Translations under genes and position numbers: made by a program | Part shown: in pieces, positions 24,360-37,430 of the stretch | Position numbering within the stretch: position 1 is the stretch's first letter | Layout of the letters: each line of letters begins with the position of its first letter | Notes under the pieces: generated by a model | Seen by the model: the letters and a program-made list of their open reading frames with translations, nothing else | What the model was told of the DNA's origin: nothing | Database searches by the model: none | Assembly: GCF_006345805.1 (NCBI RefSeq) | Contig: NC_043001.1 | Span: 20,026,001-20,090,000, forward strand | DNA from: Octopus sinensis | Lineage: Eukaryota | Direction of reading: 5' to 3' | DNA: 64,000 nt

Positions 24360-24716
24360 ACTCTTTTAGTTGTTTCAGTCATTTGACTGAGGCCATGCTG
24401 GAGCACTGCCTTTAGTCCAGCAAATTGACCCCAGGACTTATTCTATCGGTCTCTTTTGCCGAACTGCTAAGTTACGGGGATGTAAACACACCAGCATTGG
24501 TTGTCAAGCGATGTTGGGGGGAAAAACATATATACACATATATATACATATATACAATAGGCTTCTTTGAGTTTCCGTCTACTAAATCCACTCACAAAGC
24601 TTTGGTCAGCCCGAGGCTATAGTAGAAGACACTTGCCCAAGGTGCCATGCAGTGGAACTGAACCCAGAACCATGCGGTTGGTAAGCAAGCTACTTACCAC
24701 ACAGCCACTCTTATGC
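24360..24716 (-). mobile_element. SINE family A
   Basis: Near-consensus copy. Confidence 0.9.
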
Positions 24717-27106
24717 CTTTTATTAAATTTTTCATTATTTTCAAAATTAACTGAAACAAAAGCAGTGTATTTCAACAGAAATATTACAAAAGGGTGTATT
24801 AGCAAAGATTGACAAAGATATCTTATATTTCTTTTCAAATTTGTAAAACTTACATTACCTTCAGAGCTTTATTGAAGGATTAAAAGTGAATCTGTGAAAG
24901 CAGATGTTAGTATGCTTATTGTTTAGTTGGATAGATATTATGGAGGGTCAAGATGAAGACTAAATTTCTACATTTATATGAAAGCAATTTATAAAGGAGC
25001 CGGGGAGAATTAAGGGAAAACTATTATTCTACAATATTGATTGTAATTTCATATTGGGAATCTTGAACATCTGTATCAATCTACTTCTAGATTAAATTGA
25101 ATGACAAGCAGGTTAAATTAATCTTTGATCATCAGTTTAAAATCATTAAAGATTTATCTTAATGATAATTTGTAGCATTTTTACAGCATGGTACAAAAAT
25201 AAATAAATAGATAAAATAATAGAAATGCCCACATAGACACTATTTAAGGCTGGCTTATCTGTATGATGTAAATACACAATAGCAGCTTGTCTTTTAATAA
25301 TTAAACAAAAGAGAGCAAAATGAGATTTTATCATGCAACTCCATGTCATTGACTTTTAATGTTCTACAAACAAGCTGTGTCGCTTTTTAACTCATTGGTG
25401 CTCTAGAGTTGTGAAACTAAACTTTTCAGCATTGACTAAAAGCAAATATTTTTCTAGTTTCTTTGTGTGTAAATGCAGTTTGTTAGGCTAAAATATATAC
25501 GTTATCATATATACTTTGTGTGTTATTTAACTTGGCATATAAGCATTGTTTCGGTTTCTTTTCAATTGATCTATTTAAGATACTGCTATATGTGCTGTTT
25601 CTATTATGGCACGAAATCCATTAAGTCATTGTGTATGCTAATTGCCAAATTTTCTCTCTTTATTCAATATGTAATTTACAACTGCAGCAACTTGTAATTA
25701 GCTTTAGGAATAGCTAAAGAAAATATTTGACTAGTACATTTTTGTTTCAAAACATTTGAATGACTATGCTTTATTTTATGATAGTTACAACTCCCTTCAA
25801 TTTGAAATGCGAATTTGCCTATGATATTTATTTTGCTGCGATAATTATTTTCTGCTGTTAGAGCTATGAGTAATTTTATAAATTATTCATACCAAAGTTT
25901 GTAAAGAAAAAAAAGACATTCTTTGAACATGAAAGTTATAACTTGATATGTAAAAGTTGCATAATTTTGTGTTCAAAGATATCTGAAATAATTAAATTTT
26001 CCTATATTTCCATTATTTCATGTAGACTTGAATTTATGCAGTTATCCAGAATGCATGCCCTGAAGTTAGCTCTGACTTTTGGTCAAAGACATACCGTCAT
26101 TGATCAGCCTTGTCTTTTTTTTTTTTTTTTTTTTTTTTTTTGATATCCAGGACTGCATTATCCTCTGACTGCCTTCTTTTACTTTCCAAGATAGAAGAAA
26201 TTTGGTTGCTATTTCTAGCAAGTCATATTATTGTATACAGGCTTCCCTTACTGGCTCATACTTTAATTACATCTGGAGATAACAATCAATTATTACATTA
26301 TTTACATACTCTCTCCTGTTTGATAGTGGTACATTATTAAAAACTATCTTGCCTATAGTGCTCAAGTAATTATTGTTGCTGCAGTTAATGTTATCTGTTT
26401 CTCATTTATTGTATTGTCTAATTACCTTATTGCTTTATTCTGTATTCTTTTTGATAAGCCCTATGTACCCACTTCCTCATCAAATCATCATCATTTTAAC
26501 AATACTATCATTTAGAACAAGCCAGCAGTTTGTCTTGATCTTACATCATCCCACAATCCAGCTTTTACTTCTTCCCAACTCTGGTCTACTCACTAAATTT
26601 ATCACCCAAACTGTCTCCATTTACATTACCATAATAGCAGAATTATCTCTTCTCCATAGATTAGCTTTTCAACTCCACCACTTCAGATTATCAATGCAAA
26701 TCCAATGGATTATTAACTTTTGACTTTTGTCAGCATATGCTACTATTCATATTTTTCCTACCACACATCATCATCCTTAATATACATCTCTTAGTTTTCC
26801 ATTTATGTAATGAGAGAAATCCTGTTGCCAATGGATATAACATTTCCCTAGATTTTTTATAATGCTATCTATCCAACAAAAGAGAATTTATTAAAAGAAA
26901 AAAAAAAAAAGAATCATCTGAAAGCCAGGTTTTATCCATAAATACAGACGTTGTTAGCTATTTAAGTACATGGGATATTCTTGTTCTTCATCATTCTACC
27001 AATGATTTCTTTGGTGCTTCTGTTTGCACCCAGTGAGGCAACTCCAGTCTTACCCTACTGTATTAAAAAGGGGAGATTGTACCAAATAATGTGATCCTTA
27101 TATATA

Positions 27107-27481
27107 CTACTAGCAGTATCGCTCGGGTTTGTAAGGGAAATAACTATATAAGCATTTTTAGAGAGTTATAGCCAAAAAATGCATTAAAAATGGGAAAAAA
27201 TGATGGTAAATTTTTTTAAATCGTTGACTCATCGTAGACATTTTTAGAGAGTTACTTCCCTTATATAATAGCGAAAAAATGCATTAAAATGGAAAAAAAT
27301 GATGGTAAATTTTTTTTTAAATCGTAGACTCATCGTAGACGCGCGCTAATACCCAGAAGGGCTCGATATGAATCGCGACTATAAGATACCCGCTTTTGGT
27401 TAAACTGCACCGCAAAATGTGGGAGTAAGGAATCTAAATCGTAGGAGACAGACACACAACTTCTCTTTTATATATAAAGAT
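27107..27481 (+). mobile_element. Helentron-associated non-autonomous element (HINE/DINE-1-like) with an internal ~100-bp tandem duplication
   Basis: Starts actagcagtatcgctcggg and ends cttctcttttatatataaagat; the unit catttttagagagtta...gactcatcgtagac occurs twice; CpG-rich. Confidence 0.65.
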
Positions 27482-28159
27482 GACTACAGCTATACAAAAA
27501 CAACCACGATTTTAAGTACCTGTTAAATTCCCTCATATTAATGGACTTTTGTGGCTATGTTTTGGTACCATTGTCTTAGCTGAGTATAAACATTTGGTTT
27601 GGATATGTAATCCTGTTTACCTTAAATGACAAACACACACACTATATTTTTTTCATAATTGGAAATCTTAATAGTTTACTTTATATCATTGACTGCTAAT
27701 ATTTGTATGATGAAAAATAGTTCCAATCTTAACAACATGGAAAATTTTGGTGAAAACTGTTTCAAAGAATTTATAAAAAATAAAGTATTAAATGATCGCT
27801 CTTCTGCCAAGGATTAGATAACTACAAAGCATTGATAGTTGTCATGTTATAGACGAGATAGAAATAGTTTAAAAAATCTAAGTAGCTTGCTCTATGTCAC
27901 TGTAAGGGTGCTAGTGTGAGTTGACTGAATATACTGGAGGTGCTTTGGTGTAATGCTTAGTACAGAAGTTTGGATTGTGGCAAATGTATAATGACATGGA
28001 CAGTTTTGTGTGCATTTTTTGCTAATTTGAGTTTGTTTGTAAAATGTTTGTTTAATGTGTTTTCCAAGCTGCCATGGGTTGGACAGTTTGAGAGGGGCTG
28101 GCTAAGCAGAAGACTGCACCAGGCTTCACTGTCTGTTTTGGCATATAAATATATATAGC

Positions 28160-28362
28160 TGCGGCACGGAATTTTGTCAGTGAACAGGTCGTGTTCTCAA
28201 AGCAACAAAAATATTTTGGCAAATTAAATTTAAATGTTGAAGTGAATCTAACGGTTTTTGTGTGTTTCTTAAATAGCTTTATAAACACCTTCCACGCTGC
28301 AATTGTTTTCATTCCAGCGCACAATCTCAGATCAGGTCACTTGCTATGCAAGTACCTCTCTG
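28160..28362 (+). repeat. Single-arm copy of the repeat that is palindromic at 47926-48275
   Basis: ttttgtcagtgaac...aaatatttggcaaatt...aaacaccttccac...gcaagtacctctc, adjacent to (TA)n. Confidence 0.85.
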
Positions 28363-28925
28363 TAATATATATATTACACACACATTTTTATCTTTGTCTC
28401 AGCTGAATATAGCTTATGAAGAGGCTCTCTTAGGATGAGTTTAATTGCTTGAGTTAATATACAACAGTTGCTGTACATGCCCCCTAGTCTTGATGATAAA
28501 TTTGTTTTGTGTCATGTAAAATAATACGTCACTGTGTGTATGTACACGTATGTGTGTGCACATTTGTATGTTTTTATTTATTGATTTACTTATCTCAATT
28601 ATATAAGAGCCAGAAACTAATACTTTAATTCTCTTTCTCTCTTCAATCGTTAACTCCTTCTTCATGCCTGAAGTTGAACTGGTTTATTATTTTGATTGTG
28701 TATAGAATTGGGAAGCTTTAAATAGGTCTTTCATTGGTATATTTATAAATACGTTTAATAGTTGACCCACACATTGCTCTATATAAATTATTCATGTTGA
28801 TAAAGGTTAAAGATGTTTGTGAAATATGGTTGTCTCATTTCTGAGAGAAGAGAGCTATTATTGTTGAATTTACTAACAAAAGAAATGATAATATTTACTG
28901 CTCTGTAGGGACATTTTTTTTGTAG

Positions 28926-28952
28926 TGCTATGATGACTATGAAATTTCATTC
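28926..28952 (+). CDS. Candidate 27-nt microexon
   Basis: acatttttttttgtAG|TGCTATGATGACTATGAAATTTCATTC|GTGAGT; AMMTMKFH (2-2) or CYDDYEISF (0-0). Confidence 0.5.
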
Positions 28953-29120
28953 GTGAGTACTACAAAAGAGTATGTTAGATGTCAGCTTTATGGGAGGATT
29001 TATTCTATAAATTCAAATTTAGTTGGTATATATGCTATAGCTGATTGAATGGTAAGTACCTCATGGATTCATCATCATCGTTTAACGTCCGTTTTCCGCG
29101 CTAGCACGAAAATCTATTAC

Positions 29121-29210
29121 TAGTGAGCTGATGTACTGTAACTTAGTAGCGCTTGCGTCAGCAATCGTTTTAGATGAATTGGGTCAGCTCCAATCAGTGA
29201 TGCCACAGCG
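29121..29210 (-). CDS. Candidate 90-nt - strand exon
   Basis: ggtttccctttgcAG acceptor and weaker CTA|GTAATA donor; GC- and CpG-rich. Only phase 2 is open: AVASLIGADPIHLKRLLTQALLSYSTSAH. Confidence 0.35.
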
Positions 29211-29854
29211 CTGCAAAGGGAAACCAGCCACATGCAATTTTCAGACATCTAAATTGGAAATTGTCAATTGGTTGTGATTCTATATTGATGCTTTTGTAGC
29301 TAAGGGTGCATTTTCCTTTATTCTTTTAATATATGGGACAGACATAGCTGTGTGGTTAACTTGTTTGGTCACCCGACCATGTGGTTTCAAGATAATCTTC
29401 TTTCAGTTTCCATCTACCAAATCCTCTCACAAAGCTTTTGTCAGTCTGGGGGTTATAGTAGAAGACATTTGGCCAAGGTGCCACTCAGACTGAATACAGA
29501 ACCATGTGGTTGGGAAGCAAACTTCTCAAAAAGTTTTTTAATTTGTTATATGAGATTTCAGTTTTCCTTATATGTGTGTGTGTGTGGTGTGTGTGTGTGT
29601 GTCTGTGTATTTGTGTGTTTATGGGAAGTTGTAAAAATGTTTTAATATTAAACTGATGGATTTATTTTTTGTCAAGTACAGCTATAAGTTTTACAAATAA
29701 AAGGCTAACAACTCTGAAGTTTCAGTTTGCTCACCTTTATCAGATAGTGTGACAAAGACGAGCAAGTTGAAACTTCTAAGTTGCTGCTAACCTTTTCCTT
29801 GTAATATATATATATATATATATTGCCAGCCTGGAAGGTGGACTTTAAACGATG

Positions 29855-29886
<32 letters not shown>

Positions 29887-29889
<3 letters not shown>

Positions 29890-30708
29890 GTGGCACATAA
29901 AAACACCATCCGAAGACCCGGCGACGTAGTCAGTCCACCTGTGCATACCTTCCTACTTATGACACTTGTGAAGACCTGTTGAGGCAAGTGTGTGACACTT
30001 GTGTAGACCTGTTGAGGCAAGTGAAAATCAAAATCAAATCAAATCAAACCAAATCAAAATAGATGAACATCAATGGAATTTGTATCTTTGTGGTACCAGT
30101 ACTAGTCAGGCCATAACCCGTGGCCCCTACTTGGGACGTAGTCAGTCCACCTGTGCATACCTTCCTTCCTTCTTGTGACACTTGTGAAGACCTGTTGAGG
30201 CAAGTGATCAAATCAAAACAAATCAAAATAGATGAACATCAATGGAATTTGTATCTTTGTGGTACCAGTGCCGGTGGCACACAAGAAAACCATCCGAACG
30301 TGGCCGTAGCCAGTACCGCATAGACTGGCCTCCGTGCTTTGGGGACGTAAAAAACACCATCCGAGCGTGGCCGTCTGCCAGCCTCGTCTGGCACCTGTGT
30401 CGGTGGCACATAAAAACACCATCCGAGCGTGGCCGTCTGCCAGCCTCGTCTGGCACCTGTGTCGGTGGCACATAAAAACACCATCCGAGCGTGGCCGTTC
30501 GCCAGCCTCGTCTGGCACCTGTGTCGGTGGCACATAAAATCACCCACTACACTCTCGGAGTGGTTGGCGTTAGGAAGGGCATCCAGCTGTAGAAACACTG
30601 CCAGATCTGACTGGCCTGGTGCAGCCTTCGGGCTCCCCAGACCCCAGTTGAACCGTCCAACCCATGCTAGCATGGAAAACGGACGCTAAATGATGATGAT
30701 GATGATGA
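29887..30708 (+). mobile_element. Composite family B element: duplicated 5' block, (AAATC)n, 3 x 62-bp array and RTE-type tail
   Basis: The block gacgtagtcagtccacctgtgcatacc...ctttgtggtaccagt occurs at ~29922 and ~30134; 62-bp period at 30355/30417/30479; ends gctaaatgatgatgatg. Confidence 0.85.
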
Positions 30709-32449
30709 TATATATATAAGAAAGAGAGAGATACCTGATGCAATAGGTTCTTTCTATAAGCCTATGAAACTTTAAGCTGCACAGAGCAACTGAAGTTGCA
30801 TGCTTGCCTGTCTTATAAATTTGGGTAGTTAGTTACATTGATATATAGGTTAGCGCTTTACTGTTGAGTTCATAATTCATGGAGTGGATTCATTTAACTT
30901 TGGTTTTTGTTGATTAATTTGACATTATGCTTAATTTATATTACTAGAATGCTTAAAGCATAAAATAAAAATATATTTAAATGATACATTAAGATCTAAT
31001 TTTCTTACCACTGACCCTCAGCTGCTGTCCTGTTTTATCTTTATCAGAAGTTCTTAATCCATATACCCTCTTCCTAAAATTACTGCTAAGCTTAAATGGT
31101 CTCTTAGTCTCTATAATCTAGTAAATGTGTCACATCAAGCTATTCATAAATCTCCATTTAAGGTTTGACTCTAGGCCATTATTGCACAGCTGTGACTCTT
31201 GTAAGCTGTATATCCACTAATTGTTTGTGTGATACCTGTACACTGCACATGCTTTCTTTAACATAACAATTGTTTATGACAGACTTCTGAAAGCCTTTTT
31301 TCTCTCTTTTATCTCAATTTCTGTTTGAGTAAGCTTATGTGGCCTAGGGATGTTAAAGGAACACTCTGTTACAGCACTGATATAGTTTTCTATTTTCCCA
31401 TCTTAATGAAGGTTCGTTAGGTTTATACAATTCCCATTTTCATGGTTTCCTCATATCGTAACTGTTCTTTCCATTTTCTTCTGCATTACTTCATCTTTAT
31501 CTTCTCTTCACCTGTTTTTATCTTTTATCTTGATTTGTTATCTTCTGTTGCCATCCTGACAAAGTATTATGGCTCCTTTCTAAACTTAGCTAGCTTTTTC
31601 TACTGGTTAAATTTCTGTGGTTTATATTAAATCTTAGAGATTATGACTCGCAACTAGTAATGTCATTTTAAATTTCAACTCTGTAATTCTATTTTTGAGG
31701 TTTCATTTTATTTGGAACTGAAAAATGCCAATTTCAAGATTTGGTAAACGAGAAACCTTAAATGGCTTGTTTTTCTTTGGTAAACTGGTTGTAACTGGCA
31801 GAGTTGACAGGGTTGTTGGTTAACCCTCCATGTTAACTCCAACACAGCAATGATCATTGAATTTTCAGTTGTGACCTTGTCTATTATTTCAGATGTAGTA
31901 TATCTCCAACTACGTTGTCACATGTCCTTTTTAAGATGGTGAGGTGTAATCGGAAGGTTTAGCTGCTGTTCTACTAGCATCTCAACAAACACATAGAGGT
32001 TCCCTTGTTGGCTAGTTATAGGATTTCATTTACAAACTGATGGATCAGCACTTAATATTTCACCTCTAGCATTGTAATTGTTAGTTTTGACATTCTCTTT
32101 GATTTAACTACAAAGAGGTTCTGCACGATGGTACAGTTCACACTAAAGCAAGCATTGTTAGAGTACAAGTGCTGTATTCAAATCCTCCCTTGGTTATAAC
32201 TTGGAGAGATATACTTAGCCAATGTCATTTGCATTAGATATATTACAGGAAGTCAAAAGACTTAAAATGATGGCTGCTACAATCTGAGTTTGTGGACAAT
32301 AAGTAAATTGCATCTTTAAGAAAGATGAAGTTATCTAACACTATGCAAAGAGTACAGCTATACGCCCTTTGAATTTCTATGTTTATATATTTCAAATTGA
32401 AAAAAAATTTTTTTGTATTAGCTTTGCAACAAACTTCTTGTTATTTTAG

Positions 32450-34900
32450 CATTTATTTTTCCATGTTTGCATAGGTTGGAGAGGTCTTCTCTTGCACTGT
32501 GTCTCAATACTTGTTGCAGCTCTTTGTGATTTCCTTCATGAGATTCCTCTTCTACATCCTTCCACATAAAGTGCTTGGTACTTCTTTACCAAACTACCAT
32601 CTATATGCATCACATTCATTTCATGGACACTCTTACTCACGCTTGTCTGTTACATACAAAGTCTATCTCTGTCAGTCTGCCACTGATGCAGTGGATCGCT
32701 GCATCTCTTGTGCTCTCTGTTTTCATTGAGTTGACCTTATAGAATTTCCATCTACTCCTTTTCTGCATAGCTACATTCCAGAAAACCTGAAGTCTTATTT
32801 TCTTTCCTGCTAACTAAAACTTGTGTTCACTATGTTTACTTTAAGGCTTGTCATTTCTAATACAAAAGAATTTTGTTTTTAATTTGAAATATATAAATAA
32901 AAGAAATTCAAGGAGTGTATGGCTGTATTCTTTGCATAGTATTAGATAGATAACTTCCTATTTCTTAAAGATGCAATTTATAGGCTTTGCTCCTACACTT
33001 AGAATTTCTTCTCTAAATCATCAAAGGATTCAACTGTAAGAACTAGTCATACAAAAGTCATACAAAAATTCTCATTCACAGCCAGTCTTAAACTTCTCAG
33101 TTATTACCTAGAGAATTTGTAATTAAAAAACAAGTGTTAAACTCTCATGTACACCCACCTGCGTACTAAATTCCTTGTTGTATTCATTGCTAAATCTCAC
33201 TTTGTTGACAGCTTGCATGACTTTCAATATCTGTTCATCTCTACCTTACATCTCAAAGACTTCCAGGCAACTGAATGTAGTTAGTACCTTATCAAAGGCC
33301 TTCTCCAAGTTGACAGATATACTGTGACTTGCTTGTAGCTAAGAACTTATATAGTTTTCTCATTAAGGTGCCATCAGTAGTTCCCCAACTTAGCACAAAC
33401 CTAAATGAATTCTCACCATAATCAGTTGTTACTTTTATTACTTGGTTATCAATTTGATGCCTTTAAAGTATTTATTTTTACTTAGTTACTGGTGCTATAT
33501 GAAAAGCAACCATGCTATATTGCCAAGTAAAAATCTCTCGTGTAAGTTCCACGTAAAAAGCACCCAGTACACTCTGTAAAGTGGTTGGCTTTAAGAAGGA
33601 CATCCAGCCTGAGAAACCGTATCAAAACAGGCAACTGGAGCCTGGTGCAGCTCTCCAGCTTGCCAGTTCCTGCCAAACTGTCTAACCTGTGCCAGCATGG
33701 AAAATGAATGTTAAATGATGATGATTAGTAGTGGTTGATTATGAAACTGCTTTGCTGGTCATTGGATTTACTGTACTATCTGATTGATTACGTGAATGAC
33801 TGGCACATGTTCTGGTTTGCCAGACATTTTCAGCATCTTGGCAACTATCCCTGATGGTCCAGTTTCATTGATATTCTTAATAGTGCTTCCAACCTTATAA
33901 TTCTCAATCTCAGTAACTGGTCCCATTATTGGGTCTATTTGGAGCAATTCCAACGTTTCCCATACAGTTCTTTGTCCAGCAATCTCTTTTAGTTACTTTT
34001 TCAAGTCTCTTAACAGCCTCACAAGTGCATTACAATAATTCAGTACACACCTTTCCCCATTGTTTTGATTCACCCTGATGCACTTTGCAATCTGCAACAC
34101 CTCTTCCTTTTCATTACGGAATGTTGGCCGACTTCTTTCACTTTCTCTTCCCTACCTAATGTTTTCCATATTCCCTCCTTTCTCCTAATCTTTTTTGGCT
34201 TGTTTCTTGGTTTTTGTAACTCAACTATATTCCACTATCTTGATGCCGTCTGTCTGTTTATAACCTTACTCAATCAACAGATTTTGTTTTATAGCTAACC
34301 AATATTGTTTTCTGTGTTATGAGTTTATCTCTTCCTTCTCATCACATGTCTTGCCAGAGCATCTTTCAACTTCCATATCTTTCTTCAGACTGTTTTATGC
34401 CTCTGAAACTGCTTCTGTTGGAAAGAATAAAGTATTTATAACCAGTTGCCTATCCTGTCTTCTAGTGAGCATGAAGTATATGCAACTTACACCAGATTTC
34501 AAGAGTTTCGTTCCCTCTTCATTCTCTACTCTGTAACCATATCTTCGATGTACATTAGAATAGTCATCATGGTGTTGCTCAACATGTCCATTAAAGTCAC
34601 CAACCATGATAATGAGATCACTGTCTATTGAGGGAGTCTGCCAGAGCCTCAGAGAAACAGTCCAATTATCTGCCAGTCTTGATTGTAGTGCATATGCAGA
34701 GATCACTGTTGCTGTAAGATTACTAATGATTAGTTTTTGTCTAATTATTCTGTCACCTGCTTTACCTTAATTATACCTATGTCTCTGCCAATAATTGGCA
34801 TACTCTACCAAATCTAGTGCTGCTACCAAGCCAAAAAACTTTATCCTTGTGTTACTTGCCTGTGAGAAATCTGGCTAAGACTCTCTTCCGTCTTACTCTT
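32450..34900 (-). mobile_element. Old RTE LINE (EN, linker, RT, C-terminus) with SINE B inserted at 33545-33725
   Basis: ISAYALQ...VGDFNGHV...NEEGTKLL (EN); GPSGIVAKMLKMSG (linker); GTTDG...KFLA...LGEG (RT), in the correct order on the - strand. Confidence 0.8.
33545..33725 (+). mobile_element. SINE family B 3' part
   Basis: cacgtaaaaagcacccagtacactctgtaaagtggttgg...gttaaatgatgatg. Confidence 0.85.
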
Positions 34901-35304
34901 TGTACATAACACATATCTACTCACCACTGCTCCAGCTTCTAAAATCTCTCCAGACATTTTGTTATACCATTGTTGATTGTGTCAGCTGTGAAGTTTGGCA
35001 CCCTACAGGAAATGGAGGGTTTTCCAATGATGGGTCGGTTGTTCATGTTTGTTTTTTTACATTTGAAAGGAGCAGGTTATTTATTAAGTTTCCAAATGGC
35101 GCTTTTGTGATGTTCTTTCAAAATGTTGTACTTTGTGGCATTTTGACTTCAAACACGAATCTACTATTTGCAGTTATAATAGAGATGCTTGAAACTTAAA
35201 GGAAAGTTTATTATGGCAGGTGTGAGAGGATTTAGTGTTAATAACAGAGAATATGGATAGATTGAAGATGATGATAGGTGAAAGAAATGTATGAACGTAA
35301 ATGG

Positions 35305-35480
35305 TGTCATCGTCGTCATCATGATTGTTTAACATCTGCCTTCCATGTTGACATGGGTGGGATGGTTTGGCAAGCGCCAGCCAGGCAGAAGCCTGCAACA
35401 GACTTCTGTAACTGTTTTGGCAGGAATTTTACAACTGGATGCACTTCCTAACATCAACCACTCAGCAGAGTGGACTTAGT
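35305..35480 (-). mobile_element. SINE family B (old)
   Basis: catcatgattgtttaacatctgccttccatg...ctggatgcacttcctaacatcaaccactc. Confidence 0.7.
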
Positions 35481-36069
35481 GCTTGTTACATGGCACAAGC
35501 ACAGACAAGGTCAGTTTTGGCAATGATTTTACAGCTGAATGCATCTGCACTGACAAAGTCACCGAGTACTTTCATGACAAAAAACTTGATTGAGAGGGGA
35601 AAGGGCATTGGAGGAGGTGATCTTGTGTCAGATGATGAAAGGTTATAGTGACATAGAGATACAGAAACAGGTGTCTTGCTGTAGAGGAGGTACATGGTTA
35701 CCTGGCTGGAGAGAGAGATGAGGAATGAAGGCAGAAACAGGTATTCTGCCACAAAAGAAGTATGTGGTTACTCAACCTGAGGGAAGTGCAGAAGAAGGAG
35801 AGAGAGAGAGTGGGAGACAGCAGAATAGAGATGGTGGCTAAGTGCTGGGGATATGCAATGAAACAGTGAGACAGGGCGTGGGTGGAACACACAGGTTGGA
35901 AGCTAGTGGAGAGCAATGATACAGTGGTACAGGGTCAAGAGGACAGGATTGGGGAGTGGGAGGCAAGCCTAGTGCTTGAAGTGGAAATGTGAGGAAGAGA
36001 AGAGAGGTAGTTTGGTTTGTTATGATAGTGTGTATAAGAAATTTTCTTAAGTGTGGGTGGGACACACAA

Positions 36070-37430
36070 CACTTCTAGAACTCAGTTTCGCCGACGTGGG
36101 TGAGTCTTCTCAAGAACTTAATATCGCCAGACATCTTGGTCCATTGTCATTTCATTCATAAGGCACAACATCCTGAGATCAGTCCTTACCACTTCAACAC
36201 ACTTCTTCCTGGGTCTCCCACTTTCGTGGGTGCCATATACTTTCAGTGATCGGTACTTCTTTATGCAGCTGTCTTAATTCAAATGCATCACATATCCAAA
36301 TCAGGCTACATTTGATTCCTCTTATGCCCAACTTTTCTCTCAATACATTTGAACTTTGTTGTACATGTGCACTGATGGCGCCTACTACCTTCATTTCTCT
36401 CTAGTCTTCTGCATTCAGAGCCCGTACCTTTCTACCATGGAGTATAGCTGTTCACACACAAGCATCATATAGTCTACCTTTCACTCTGAGAGAGTCCTTT
36501 TGTTGCCAGCAGAAGTAATAGCTCTCTGAACTTCCATCCAATTCTTATTCTAGAAACAATATTTTCAGAACATTTCCCACCGTTGCTCATTTGGTCACCT
36601 AGGTAACAGAAACTATCTACAACCTCAAGAGAGCCTCCTGGGCATTTGAGAGAACCTAAAACCCATATGCTCTTAGTGATTATTGTTCTTGTACATCTGT
36701 CACATACAAAGACAACTATTTCTTCCAACTCCTTTCCTACATACTGAGCAGAGCGATTTACCTGACAGAAAGAGAGTTTTATCTTCTTTCTTACTAACAA
36801 CAACTTTGGTCTTTGCCAGGTTAACTTTAAGGCCCTTTGATTCCAGGATTTGTTTCCATACCTGGAATTTCTTCTCCAGTTCTGCTAAAGATTCTGCAAT
36901 GAGAGCAAGATCATCAGCATATAGCAGTTCCCATGGGCACCCAGTTCTGAATTCCTCTGTTGTGACCTGGAGGACCATAATAAGAGTGGGCTGAGAACTG
37001 AGCCCTTGTGAACCCCTACCTGTATGCTAAATTCATCACTATTCACGACCAACTCTTACGTTACTGACAGCACCACTGTACATGACTTGTATAGCTTCAT
37101 CAAGCCATTTCTCTGCTCCTAACTTCCTTAGAGACCACCATATAACAGAGTGGGGAACTCTGTCGGAAGCTTTTTCCAGGTCAACGAAGTACAATGTCTT
37201 ACTTTTGGCCAAGTACTTTTCCTGCAGCTGTCTCACTAGGGAGATGACATCTGTAGTACTTTTCCCAAGTTCAGAACCAAACTGCATCTCATCTAATTTA
37301 ATTCTATTTTAATCAATCGAGCTATAACCCTCTCAGTAATTTTCATGGTTTGGTCTAGCAATATAATGCCTCTGTAGTTGTTTCTATCTAACATCACCTT
37401 TACCCTTGTAGCAGCTAACTGTAATAGTAC
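36070..37430 (-). mobile_element. RTE LINE RT and C-terminal region (less decayed)
   Basis: NYRGIILLDQ, GKSTTDVISLVRQLQEKYL, FVDLEKASDRVP, GSVLSPLL, LLYADDLALIA, GLKVNLAKTK, CSVCRKGVG. Confidence 0.95.

Noticed and set aside
29190-29207. ERSE-like CCAAT...CCACA motif
   Set aside because: The spacer is 8 nt rather than the required 9, and the end is not CCACG.
30355-30540. CRISPR-like regular array
   Set aside because: The 62-bp units are identical along their whole length (no spacers), lie inside a retroposon, and there are no cas genes; eukaryotic context.
31009-31073. - strand exon-like segment with GTAAGA donor
   Set aside because: It lies in what appears to be decayed RTE 3' sequence, and the acceptor is mediocre.
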